From NCBI GenBank assembly GCA_022813865.1, contig JALDZX010000113.1:1-34195 (forward strand): 34,195 nucleotides of DNA. Direction: 5' to 3'. A program made the position numbers and the translations under genes. Source of the DNA: Xylographa opegraphella. Its lineage: Eukaryota. The notes beneath the pieces were generated by a model, which worked only from the letters and a program-made list of their open reading frames with translations, did no database searches and had not been told where the DNA came from. Shown here piece by piece: positions 11,265 through 28,144 of this stretch. Numbering within the stretch: the stretch's first letter is position 1; every line of letters begins with the position of its first letter.

Positions 11265-14200
11265 CTATGAGAAGTCGATCTTCCATCGAGCCCCTATCGT
11301 CAACCCAGGATCTCTCACGACCGCCCAGGCTGCCTTCCCGGGCTCGCCGGCATGCCAGCTCAATGGCACGGTACGACCCTGTTTGGCGCCTTCCTCCATC
11401 GCAAGAACTTCCGTCCTTGATTTCCACTCCGCCGGTGCACCAACTATCACTATTTTCTCAATCCGAACCGTGGCCATGGTCTTGTGATACTCCTTGCTCC
11501 TCTTACCCGTCTGACCCATGGCCTGGGATACGAGACTCTGGCTCGTCAGATCGAACGAGAATTGGCGGTGAATGTATGCTCCGTCTTGATAGTCGAACGA
11601 TTCTCCGTCGTCAACGTAAACTGTCCCCACGGCGTTCCCGTTGTTGTCCGGTACGACTACCAGGGTGTATGGATCGAATTTCATGAGTCCACTGCTCCGT
11701 CGCGGTCGATCTTTCCGCGGAATGATGTGTCCACCTTGCATCAGGAGAGGGATCTTGTCAAGTGGCGCATGAAATTTATGTGTTTTCCCCTTTCCATGGA
11801 CAACGGTATAGTCAAAGTAGTCGTAGTACTTCTCCTCGTCCGGGATGTAGAAGTCCACCGACTCTGCGCCCTCGGTTGTCACTGGTTTGGCCAAAAGACC
11901 AGTACTTCCGATATAAAACTGGTCATCCACTGCGAACCCCTTCTCGTCCCAAGCGTGCACGTAGTAATGTGGCCGGACAATAGGCGATCCGTCAGTAGCG
12001 GCCTCATGGAATGCAGTATACCACGCTGGTAGAAGTTGATAACGCAACCGTATGGCTTGCGTTATAATCTGTGTGTAAGGCTCCCCCGCCAGATATGGCT
12101 CACGACGACGAGTATCAATATGTGCATGTCCCCTGAAGAAAGGGTAAAAAGTTCCAGCTTGGTACCACCTCGTAAGAAGCTCCTTGCTGGGATTTCCGAA
12201 GAAGCCACCGACGTCGGCACCGACAAACGGAAACCCTGCAATATTATTGGCCAGAATCATCGGGATCGAAGCGGCCAAATGATCCCAACTCGCTTGATTA
12301 TCGCCTGTCCATGTAGCACCCATCCTTTGTGAGCCGGCGAAGAATGCCCGTGTGAGGACAAAAGGACGGCGTGGGGATTTCGAATCACGATGGAGAAGTG
12401 CATTATAGGTCGCATTGACAAACGTAAGGCCGTTGAGATTATGAACATCACGGTGTTCCCAATTTCCGTGGTGAAGATTATCCTTAGGCATGGTAGTTTC
12501 TGGGCCGTTAAACACGGATGGTTCATTCATATCGTTCCAAATGAATGTGTTGGAGGCAGTTCCTGGGAAGGCCGAATATCTGAAGAGCTCCTGCCACCAC
12601 TTTATCGCAGCTGGATTGAAACAATCAATCCAGTGAGATGAGCCAGGCCAGCACCACCCCTCGTACAGGTTGTTGTCTTTGTTGTTAACGGCTAAACTTT
12701 TGGATTTCAGTGCATCAACAACTGAATAGCCACCTTCGTTCTTGATATGAGGATCAATAATCGTAACCAATTTTCTGCGATGAGAATCGAGTTGTTTACC
12801 CATGGCTATGGGGTCTGGGAATGTGTGAGGGTCCCATGTGAAGTATTTCTTGCCGTCAGTGTACTCGATGTCGAGCCAGATGACATCATATGGAATGTTG
12901 AAACGGTCGAATTTGCGGTCGACGTCTTTTACGTCCTCGTCCGTCACGTAATTCCATCTACATTGGTGATAGGCGATCGCGAATTGTTGTGGCAATTGAC
13001 TGGGACCGGTGAGCTCGGTATAAGATTGCAACACCTCTTTAGGCGTCGGTCCGAGGAAGACAAAAAGATCGATAACACCACTTTCTGAAAACCAATGTGT
13101 ATGAGTGTCAGTTTTGGCCCCTATACCAAGGCTTAAGGGATTCGACGACCCTTTCGTCTTGACAATGTCAACCCAAGTTTCAGCAGCGTTAAGCCAAAAG
13201 ACTCCAACTGTTGAATCCGTGCGATGTGCTTGCATGAATGGAATTGATCCATACAATGTCATTGGGCTATCCATCTCATACTCAAAGACGTCGGCGTTAT
13301 ACATTCTGTAGGGTTGGTCATAGTTCCCATAACCACCCCTGCATCATGTTTAGCCAAATTTCCGACATCAAGAATCATTGAGTCTAACCTGGTTTCTTTA
13401 AGTGATAGTGGACCTGCATGCTCCGGTATTCCAAATACGTGTTCGTAACTGGGAAATGTGATATCAAGTGCCACACTTTCTGGACCCCTGGGTTTGCTGT
13501 CTGTGTTGCCACCGAAGACTTCCTCCCACCAAGTGCTTTCATCGATGGCATTTTCCTTAATTACTGGAACCTGAGCTTCTTCGCTTTCAACGGGCTCCGT
13601 CACTTGCTTGTCACTTTTTGGTCTCCAATGCTCCATATTCATCAGACCTTTGGCATTGACCCTGATGTGAGTTGTATCGTTCCGCATGAAGTCAATAGAG
13701 AATGGCATATATCTAATATGAGCTTTGCAGTTTGTCTCTCGACCATATTGTATTGTCAGACCCTCATCATCGCTCGAGGCGACTGTGATCTCAGCTGGGA
13801 CAAGATCGCCAACTAATGCCCAATCTCCGGCGCCAGAGTATCTTTCTTTCCGGGCTTGGCTACCATGTCTTAGCTCTATCTCTCCAGTTTGCCGCTTCCT
13901 CTCGTCCACTCTAATTCTGACAGAGCCCGAGCGAAGAAATGTAAGAGTCAATGGTAGTTCCACAGAGCTATGTCCCTCGATGCTCTTAAGTATAGTCGCT
14001 GTGACCTTACCTTCATTCACTTGCAAAGTGCGTGAGTCGATTCTATAAGGAGAAGTCCAGGAAGAACCTCGAGCAGCCGCAGTATCGGCATATTGCCGGT
14101 TTCTTTTACAAAATCCCGATTGATCGCAGGTCTTGAAGTTCTCGTGTTTGACCATGACTAGTCCACATGTCAGTATCAGACATAACTGTATAAGAACATC

Positions 14201-14289
14201 GACAAACCTGCAGGAGTAATCAAACAACAAAATCCAATGGCAAGAAGCCATGCCTCAAGCCATGACGAATTATAGAGACGGCCCCTCAT
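11265..14289 (-). CDS. ROT2: Glucosidase II alpha subunit (GH31), ~974 aa; exons 14289-14208, 14157-13389, 13338-11265
   Basis: Signal-peptide-like exon 1 (MRGRLYNSSWLEAWLLAIGFCCLITPA), VKHENFKTCDQSGFCKRNR, FGIPEHA, IWLDIEYT, catalytic WNDMNEP, WTGDN, GADVGGF, PFFRGHAH. Two 50-nt introns. Confidence 0.96.
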
Positions 14290-14655
14290 GCTGCTCGAAA
14301 TGGAACGACTGGCAAGACTGCAATGGGGTCACACCCAACCAAGACGCCCGTAAGCTGTGGATCAAACTTGAGACGTTGCTGTATTGTTGCGTATTATTGT
14401 CGCGTACCTGACTAGGGGTTAATTACCCGCCTGCCGCCCCGCTAAAGAACGGTAGCAACCTGCTGGTGGGGCATTCGGGCACACAACGCCCTACCTTAAA
14501 TAGTGCCCCACCATTTTTGGATGGCTCTACCCACAGATTCTCCTCGTCACGACCCTCCATTCTTCAAATATCTTCACGCACGAGATCGCTCGATACTTCT
14601 CAGAACACAAAGTTTGAGAAAGGAAGAAGAAGATCAACAGAGGAAGGACGCAAAT

Positions 14656-15483
14656 ATGGCAAACGAACAAACGTGAACAGCAGCATCCGAAAATCCCTGG
14701 AGGCGGTGAAGCTAATTTTTCCCACAGTTTTATCGCTATCAAGCCTGATGGCGTTCAGGTAGGTCATGTAGAATATATCTGAGTTGCCAGCGTGGCAGTC
14801 CAATGCCATACAATATCGACTGACACGCGCTTTTTGTCCAGCGCGGACTCGTTGGCGATATAATCTCCAGGTTCGAGAAGCGTGGGTATGGTGCTCTTTT
14901 GAGATTGTTGTCCACCTTTTCAAGACGGATCTGATTCCAATGGCAGGTATAAGCTCGCAGCGATAAAGCTTGTGACTCCCTCGAAACAACATCTCGAGAA
15001 GCATTATGAGGATCTTTCTGAGAAGCCATTCTTTAAGGGTCTTGTCACATGTATGTCCTTCCGCAAATTGACCCCATCTAAGGTATATTGTCTGATTCGC
15101 TTTGATAGATATGTTGAGCGGCCCCATCTGCGCAATGGTTTGGGAGGGGCGTGATGCTGTCAAGACCGGCCGAAGTTTGTATTACCCAGATGTGTCATGC
15201 TGTTCCTGCAGTGGCTAAAGTGGAGCTTCTAGTGCTCCTCGGAGCCACAAATCCTCTTGCATCAGCTCCGGGTACCATTCGTGGCGACTACGCAATTGTG
15301 AGTGGCCAATTATATCACAGTGTCAAGACGGGCTAATGTTTTGTGTAGGACGTGGGCCGTAATGTGTGCCATGGATCTGACAGCGTTGAGAACGCCAAGA
15401 AGGAGATCGCACTTTGGTTCGAAAAGGGAGAAGTGATCGAGTACAAAATCGCTACCTTTGACTGGATCTACGAAAAGCCATAG
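14656..15483 (+). CDS. NDK1: Nucleoside diphosphate kinase, 153 aa; exons 14656-14672, 14728-14758, 14842-14885, 14947-15050, 15109-15174, 15233-15297, 15349-15483
   Basis: Spliced product [34 protein letters not shown]...[22 protein letters not shown]...WIYEKP with the catalytic HGSD. Exons sum to 462 nt. Confidence 0.97.
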
Positions 15484-15625
15484 ATGAGGGAACTGGGGCG
15501 CGATAAGTGCATTTCCCTCTATGAAAAGGGGGTTTGAATCCCTAAATTTAGAATTTTGAGTGTTCGCGAAGTACTCGGATTCCAGTATTAAGACCTGTTT
15601 TCTTCACGATGGAACTGTAATTATG

Positions 15626-16431
15626 CTATGAATGTCGGTGAAGCGGCGCTTTACCTGGCTCTTTCTCCATATTGGACGCAAGTCTCCCGGCAGCTGGCTC
15701 CAAAGTACTTCCTTTGGTCGCCAAAATCCCTGCCCCCGTCAGTCCAACACCGGCTGCTGGTGCTGATGAAATGTGTTTCTGTTTCATGCCAAATATCCGT
15801 CGGATATACTTTGTAGCTGGAACAACTGTCCACCTTGCAAACCAAGGAGTAGCCCAGACGCTGAATATGATACGAAGTGGTAACAGTGCTTTCGTGATTG
15901 CATATGCCGTTGCGAACCTTGGATATAAGCCATTAGGATTGTAAGAATGGTAGATTGAGGACAAAGAACTCACTCTACTACGACCCTCACGCTCCCCTCC
16001 CCTCTATTCCACCATTTGTCCCTTCGACCTACCTTTCCCTCTTTTCCGTCCTGTCCTATATTCGGCACCTCACCCAACCAACCCTTTTTCCTAAACCAGT
16101 TACCAAATTTTTGTACTCCGTCGGCCACCCACTTCCCCTCACTGATAAACGGAGGCATCCATTGGGAGTAGTGAAATAAGCCTGCAAGGGCAAGTAGAGG
16201 AAGTACGGCAGTGATCTCGTGCAGGAGGAGGAAAGACGTGATGTGTGTCACAGGTGCAGTAAGCAATGGCGTTGTGTAGCGATGGAGGAAGTTGGGCAGG
16301 CGGGCATTGAGCCTCTTGAGGCGGGGCTGGACCTCAAGCGCCGATGTTTTGCTCGAGAGTCGTCGCCTTCCTAGCCGGCTGGAGAAGTGGCGACAATAGC
16401 GAGCGAGCTGAACGCGATGAATAGGTGGCAT
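15626..16431 (-). CDS. MRX11: Mitochondrial Mrx11-like (FLILHELTA family) protein, ~249 aa; exons 16431-15974, 15917-15626
   Basis: Arg/Ser-rich presequence-like N-terminus, SFLLLHEITAVLPL signature, EFATAYAITKALLPLR..SVWATPWFA. Intron 15973-15918 (GTGAGT..CTAAT..AAG). Confidence 0.85.
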
Positions 16432-16596
16432 GCAGTCGGATTAACAATCCCAGATGGCCGAATCAGTTCAAGCGGAGCACAGCATGAAAAAGTAGCTTAC
16501 AGCTAGCAAGCCGAGTATCAATATTACCCCACGTCTCACCTCACATCACTAGGTCCTATACCACTATCAGGATATTTGAACGAAGGTCAAGTGACA

Positions 16597-17317
16597 ATGG
16601 CGAGAGGTGCCTTGATAGTGGTTGAGGGCCTGGATAGAGCAGGGAAGTCCACCCAGTGTGAGCATCTGCGTATAAATCTGGAGAAAGAGGGATACGCAGC
16701 GAAATGCATGAGATTTCCTGGTAATTAGAAAGGCCAAAAACTTGTCATCCTCAGTCACATCTTAAAGTTGTACAGAAAGAAGTACCCCCATCGGAAGATC
16801 CATCGACGCCTATCTCAAGGGAGAAACTGCAATCGAAGACCATGTCATTCATCTTCTGTTTTCAGCAAATCGCTGGGAAGCAGCCGCTCAGATTCGCGCT
16901 GACGTGGAAAACGCCACAACAGTGATAATCGATCGTTACAGCTATTCTGGCGCAGTCTACTCGGCCGCGAAAGACAATCCCGCTCTAACACTTGAATGGG
17001 CATGGCAGATGGAAGCCGGCTTACCCGCCCCAGACCTGTGTATTTTTCTAGACATCGAACCCGATGTGGCCACGGGAAGAGGAGGTTTCGGTACTGAAAT
17101 CTACGAAAACGCTGCGATGCAACAGCGGGTTAAGAGTTTATTCAAGCGACTATTCAAGACCAAGTTGGGTTTCAACACTGTCATCATCGATGCTGGGCGA
17201 TCTAAGGAGCTTGTGGAGCGCGATGTCTTGCATTCCGCGAAGGTATGCCTCCACTCGGAACGTCGACGGAAACCACTGACTACTTTCGAACCTTTGAACG
17301 TTCCCTCGAAGTGTTGA
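16597..17317 (+). CDS. CDC8: Thymidylate (dTMP) kinase, ~221 aa; exons 16597-16720, 16776-17317
   Basis: RGALIVVEGLDRAGKSTQ P-loop, RFPERSTPIG, HLLFSANRWE, IDRYSYSG, GLPAPDL, RGGFGTEIYE. Confidence 0.96.
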
Positions 17318-17429
17318 GAGTACTCGAAATTATCCAGTGCAAGGCAAATCCCAAGACTTCCAGGACACGCTACCGACCGTTCTGTTCATGAGGGATTGTC
17401 GCTGCTCCAACATCCAGTCATTCTCAATG

Positions 17430-18855
17430 TCAATCGAGGACTTCTGCGGCATCGCAGTCACTATCTTCAATGACGGTGTTCAATCTGGAGGTCCGCGTCT
17501 TTGCAGGACTCCTAATAGCTGAACTTTGCGTGTTGTCTGATGCCGCGCTAGATACGGATATGGGATCTTCCATATCACTGAGAGAATATTCTTGTGCCTC
17601 TTCCATGAGTGGTTCATCAACAATATCCTCAATCGAAAATGCCTCGTCCACGCCGTGTTGATCAAGATCATCCATATCACTATCCGTATCGTCCCCCACG
17701 ATACCGTGAAAATCCAGAGTAGTTTTATCGTCGCATTTCTTCAACTGATGTTGGCGGGTTTTCCGTTGAAGTTGCATTATTTCCTTGCTACCTCGAATTC
17801 TCAGACTCAACTCAGTGACGAGCCGCGTCCAACGTAACTGTGATTTACAGCTTGGACAGTTGCCGCGAACGGGTAGCAAGTTTTGTCGTCCTTCTTGACG
17901 GAGGAACGTGTTTGCTAGACATGTAACGTGGAATGTAGCTTGGCATCCATCGTTCGGACATACCAACCCCATTACGTTTGGCATGCGTGTGTCATGACCA
18001 CAAACACTGCAGTGGACTGGATTGCCGTCTGCAAACACTGGCAAGCTTTTATCGAGATAAGTCTTGTACGCAGCGTAGCTCGAGTCAAGAGCTCCGATGC
18101 CTTTGTTGCCAGTGTCTGTCGCTATTGATCCCTCGCTGGCTCTGCGACTACATGACGGGGCCCTACCCGTCTCCGTGCTTTCAGGATGAAGAGAAATTTC
18201 AATTTCACTCCCCAGCTTGGTAATGGCCTTTTCAAAACACCTTGTCCAGCTCTGATACACATCGTCAGCGAAGAAATGAACCTCCAACGGCCAGCGGGCA
18301 AAGCTTGGCACCCGGAGCAAGAGATGAAGATTGGAAAGCTTGTCCCGCAACGACATACGAGGTCGAGCCGGCCGTCGCCGCACACGACCAGATTTTGAGA
18401 CCTTGGTGATAGACTCTCGCACGGTTATTCGTTGCTCCTCGTTGATTCTGCGGGTCAGGTGTGAGTTTTGCCACGCCCATCTGATTCTACAGGTCAAAAA
18501 GATTCAAATGCTACTCATTCACCATCTGCCTCGTATGTAACACAATTCATCAGGGAAGATATCCTTGGTCCCACATAAGGCATTATGATTTTGTGCCTAA
18601 TACATACGCAAGGAAGATGACTTACTCGAATTGTAGAGCGGCGATATTTGACGAAAACCCTGCAACGATACAGACCATCTCCCACGGGCGTAAGATTTTC
18701 CGTGCAGTACGGACGGCACCACCCTTGCGGTGGCCATTGTGTTGAGCAAGGCGCCGACGGGGATTGGGGGTAGACCCCACATACAAGGATGAAGGGCGAT
18801 TCTTTGAGCGGAGGAGATAACAACAGTAGAGTGCAGGAATGGGTCTGGCGTCCAT
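17430..18855 (-). CDS. SLX1: Structure-specific endonuclease catalytic subunit Slx1, ~426 aa; exons 18855-18626, 18480-17430
   Basis: GIY-YIG domain ([35 protein letters not shown]...AALQFEWAWQ), RING/PHD-like CSVC..CPNDGC...HVTC..CPSC, acidic tail. Confidence 0.95.
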
Positions 18856-19632
18856 TTCGAGGCCGTCACAGCGATTCGTGCGTAGATTTCAAGGACACAA
18901 GGGAACCAAGTGAAGGAGGGCCATAGTGGACCGGAAGGAACGAAGTCGCGCTTTGAACGTCGAACGCTAGCGCACTGTTACACGCTAGCGGCTTGTCTGT
19001 ATACATTACCCGATCTAGACGATCTACCGCACATCCCTGCCGGCATCTCCGGCGCCCATTGGTGCAGTCGCGAGTCTAGACACGACACCTTCTGCCTCTT
19101 CCTCATGAGGAGCCAACCTGGACGAGCAGGACCATTCATCGACGTCGGGACGGAGTAACACAGTACGAGTCTGTGGTCACGAGAGAGAGCGATACAGCCC
19201 CATGTAGATTGATACCAGTCCTCGCTCGGTGGGAAGATGCCAGCCTGGAAGTACAGGGCGGCAACGTCAACCCCCGCGGCGATGGAAACATAGGTAATAA
19301 TAATATAAAGTTGCATCTAACCTTCCCGTGGCCCCATTTGGCGTGCCTTGCAAAAAGTACATTTCACGATACACATCGTCGCTTCGCCCGGATGAGCTAG
19401 CTTCTTTTACGTGCCCGATGTCTCTCCCCTCGCATTCCCACTTTGCAAGTCACTGCGCCATTCACTTCCATCTAGTCCACTAACCCAGCACGCTGCATGG
19501 ACCACATCACCTGCACGTTCGAAAAGTACACTCTGCTAGATCAAATGCCCAAAAATGATTAGGTATCCAGCATCAGCACATGCATCCGGTGTTGAAACCT
19601 CCCTCAACTCATAGTCACAATTCGCCCTGAAG

Positions 19633-25348
<5,716 letters not shown>

Positions 25349-25832
25349 GCAGGCCGTTCCGCGCATCAAAGGCTTCTTGACCGGGGTCAAATCTGAACAG
25401 CTTTCCTTCCATTATTTGTACTTCTATTCTTGCTTTTCTTCGATATGTTCGAACATTCACGGTCGCAGGGCGTTCTCCTCACGGATGCATCAGGGGAGAT
25501 ATGTTGATGTTCGATACACCATGGGCTTCAGTGGAGTTCATCCACGTGGCAATAGACAAGAGCATGTACTCTATGGTCGCAGTTATCATGGGGGGAGCTT
25601 TTTGGGGCAGCTTTTGCGTGGGAGTGACCATTGTATGATAGCTTTGCCCTGCATGATCTGAGACGGCAAAAAATTTCCATTATTCGCTTGGACATGCTGC
25701 TATGAACGGAGTATATGAAATAGTGACGTGTATCCAATCTAGATACATCCAGGACCTTAAAATTCACTCCAGCTCTGCAATTTCCCAGTCGTGCTTCGAT
25801 CCCAGAGGAAGCTTCCTCCCTCGCCCCGGGGA

Positions 25833-27371
25833 TCAAACGGCCGTTCCATTTTCCCACGCCAGACTGGAATGCGGCACTCCGTGGGGGAAATTCGGGTTTC
25901 GCCGGTCATAGGGGATCTTGCCCTCCCGCACACTGTCATACGCCGGACCCTTGACCGCCCTTTCGGCGTCCGCTTCGTCGTCGTGGCACAGCGCCCAGTA
26001 GGCGTGGAAGCTGCGCAGTTGGCGGAAGCGGGTGTCCGCCTGCAGCGGGGCGATGACGGCACGGTGGAAGGCGCGGGCCCCCTCGCTGCGGGCGTCCAGA
26101 TCGAGGAGCCGCCGAGAGGTATCGTCTGCGTGGCCGGTGTCGATGGCGAGGGCGAGGTTGGCGAGGTGGAGGTAGGCGGCGAGGAAGGGGACGAGGGTGC
26201 GCCAGGCGAGGAGGCCGCCGTCGTCGGGGCGCGACCAGTTGAGGACGTTGGAGGGCGAAATTTGGAAGTCGATCTGCCGGATGAGGGGCAGCATCGCGGA
26301 CGGTTGGCGTTGCAGGAAAGCCAGCGTCCCGTCCGGGGTCCCGGTGAAGATGAACCGGTTCTGGGAGAAGAAGACCTCGCGGGCCTCGGTGGCGAACTGG
26401 CGCGAGACGCGGAAGAAAGCGTGAGGGAAGAGGAAGCAGGCGCACGAGTCAGAGAATGAGGCGGTGAGGTGGGGGCAGCAGCAGAAGGCGTGGGAGCTGG
26501 TGCAGCGTCGGCAGCAGTAGTTGGGCTTGTTGTCCGGCAGGCTGAGGCCGTCCTGGATCACGAGGCCGTCGTCCAGCCATCTTCGATCTCGCCAGCGCAT
26601 GACGAGATCTGTGTGCTCGAGGATCTGGTATCGCAGTTCTTTGGGCAGTTTCATGAACGGGAATCCACTCACACGGCTCACGTGGTTCGTAGCGGCCAGC
26701 ACCATCTTTTTCGCCAGCTTCCCTAACGAAACGTCCGGCAGTATAGTCAGACAAACGGCGCAGCTGCGAAGGTGGGTGAGACGCTTGAAGGGTCGTGTCA
26801 CCACTCCGATGTACTTTCGCTCGAGGACATCACAAGCGATGGTGAAGTTCAGTTTTGTGGTCGTGCATCTTGTCACAATGATATCGAACAGTTTGTTGAT
26901 GTCCTCTTCGGTCACCATCATACGATCTCTACGCTCAATCGACCCGAGATCAATCTGCAACGATCTGATAGTAGCCACGGCGGTAGCGCTCAGACGTTGG
27001 AATGTTTCACGAGCGGGTAAATTCCACCAGGACAGCTTGAACACATTGTGCGCGTAGAGAAGCTCGTTGACCTCGTGATGAACGGTACGGCAGCACGTCA
27101 ACAGCTGCAATGGGATGGCATCGCAGTAGCACTCATGGTCCATGGGGAGCTCATTGAAAAGCCACTGCTCTTGCCATCGACCTTGCCATCGACGCGGGCT
27201 GTAGCAACAACTCGGCCGCGGAAGTCCGTTGTCCTCTTGGAGTTCGGGGATCGCTCTGATGACGGCTCCTCTTCGGGGTTCCCTGACTAGATCGATGGGG
27301 CACCGTCGGACGATCCCAGCAAGCGTGTATACTGTGATTCTGATTTCTCGGGGGAGGTCGAGAAAAGACAT
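25833..27371 (-). CDS. Uncharacterised intronless protein, ~512 aa, with two tandem F-box-like + Cys-rich units
   Basis: 1539-nt ORF from ATG 27371 (the track start 27380 is GTG). F-box-like starts FLDLPREIRITVY and FMKLPKELRYQIL, each followed by Cys clusters and a L/F..xR....E...L/F.y..N.F segment. Confidence 0.8.
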   Translation of the reverse strand: MSFLDLPREIRITVYTLAGIVRRCPIDLVREPRRGAVIRAIPELQEDNGLPRPSCCYSPRRWQGRWQEQWLFNELPMDHECYCDAIPLQLLTCCRTVHHEVNELLYAHNVFKLSWWNLPARETFQRLSATAVATIRSLQIDLGSIERRDRMMVTEEDINKLFDIIVTRCTTTKLNFTIACDVLERKYIGVVTRPFKRLTHLRSCAVCLTILPDVSLGKLAKKMVLAATNHVSRVSGFPFMKLPKELRYQILEHTDLVMRWRDRRWLDDGLVIQDGLSLPDNKPNYCCRRCTSSHAFCCCPHLTASFSDSCACFLFPHAFFRVSRQFATEAREVFFSQNRFIFTGTPDGTLAFLQRQPSAMLPLIRQIDFQISPSNVLNWSRPDDGGLLAWRTLVPFLAAYLHLANLALAIDTGHADDTSRRLLDLDARSEGARAFHRAVIAPLQADTRFRQLRSFHAYWALCHDDEADAERAVKGPAYDSVREGKIPYDRRNPNFPHGVPHSSLAWENGTAV

Positions 27372-28144
27372 GGTCGCCACCAGGACCTCAGGTTCTGCTC
27401 TGCTTCGACCTTACACACTTTTGCTATATCGTGTCATGAAATATGGCTCCGTCTAGCACAGACCTTTATTGTGACATTGACTCGACAACCACGAGCGTTC
27501 GAGGATATCTGGGATATTTCTCAATTTCTTTTGAACAGCACAATTTAAAGCACTAGCTGCAAGTTTCGAAGTGCAAAGGCAACGAATGAAATCAGCCTTT
27601 AAAGGCACAACCTCTAACGAGAATTCCAAGCGTGTGATCAAGATGTCCAGACGAAAAGCACCGTTGAACGAGGTCAGTGAGAAACGGCATAAAGCGCCAC
27701 ACACAAACTGCTTGTAAAAACAAAGTAAACAACGAGATGCGCGCTAAATTAAAGGATACAACAACTACATCGTGCGGGTTAGGCGAAACGACGGAGAAGT
27801 ACCTCTCGATAGTACTGTAGAATCGCTGTGGAGTGTTCCCAGAGTATTCTTAGGGTTATCCAAAACTACTTTTAAATAATTCTAGAGGGTAGCTTCCGAG
27901 TGTAAGAACATGATGAGATAATTACAGGTTCGCTCACAAGAAAAGCTTCAGTGCTGGATGAAAAGTGAATGATGGTGCTCTACACGAAGTACATCATCAT
28001 CATAATATGTCATGCGGACAGCCACCACGTGCGCTACGGCGTGATTTGCATCTACTTAAAACATCATGGCAAGAATTCACGATAGATAATCAGGACTCTG
28101 GTAGGAGATACCAGCTCCTCCGCTTGAGGAGAACCTCACGGAGA

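Noticed and set aside
11257..14048. Series of plus-strand ORFs opposite glucosidase II
   Set aside because: Antisense shadows of a well-supported gene; many begin at non-ATG codons.
14600..15163. 187-aa minus-strand ORF
   Set aside because: Lies antisense to the 7-exon NDK gene and has no recognisable features.
18481..18625. Intronic C/D snoRNA in the 145-nt SLX1 intron
   Set aside because: A TGATGA box-C-like hexamer is present, but there is no properly placed CTGA D box or terminal stem.
25791..27057. Long plus-strand ORFs (222 aa and 178 aa) and an alternate-frame minus ORF (169 aa)
   Set aside because: Shadow ORFs of the GC-rich F-box-like CDS; stop codons are scarce in GC3-rich DNA and the peptides show no family motifs.
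27539..27717. Open plus-strand frame of about 58 codons after a possible acceptor
   Set aside because: No convincing upstream exon or start and no recognisable motif; probably promoter/3'-UTR DNA.
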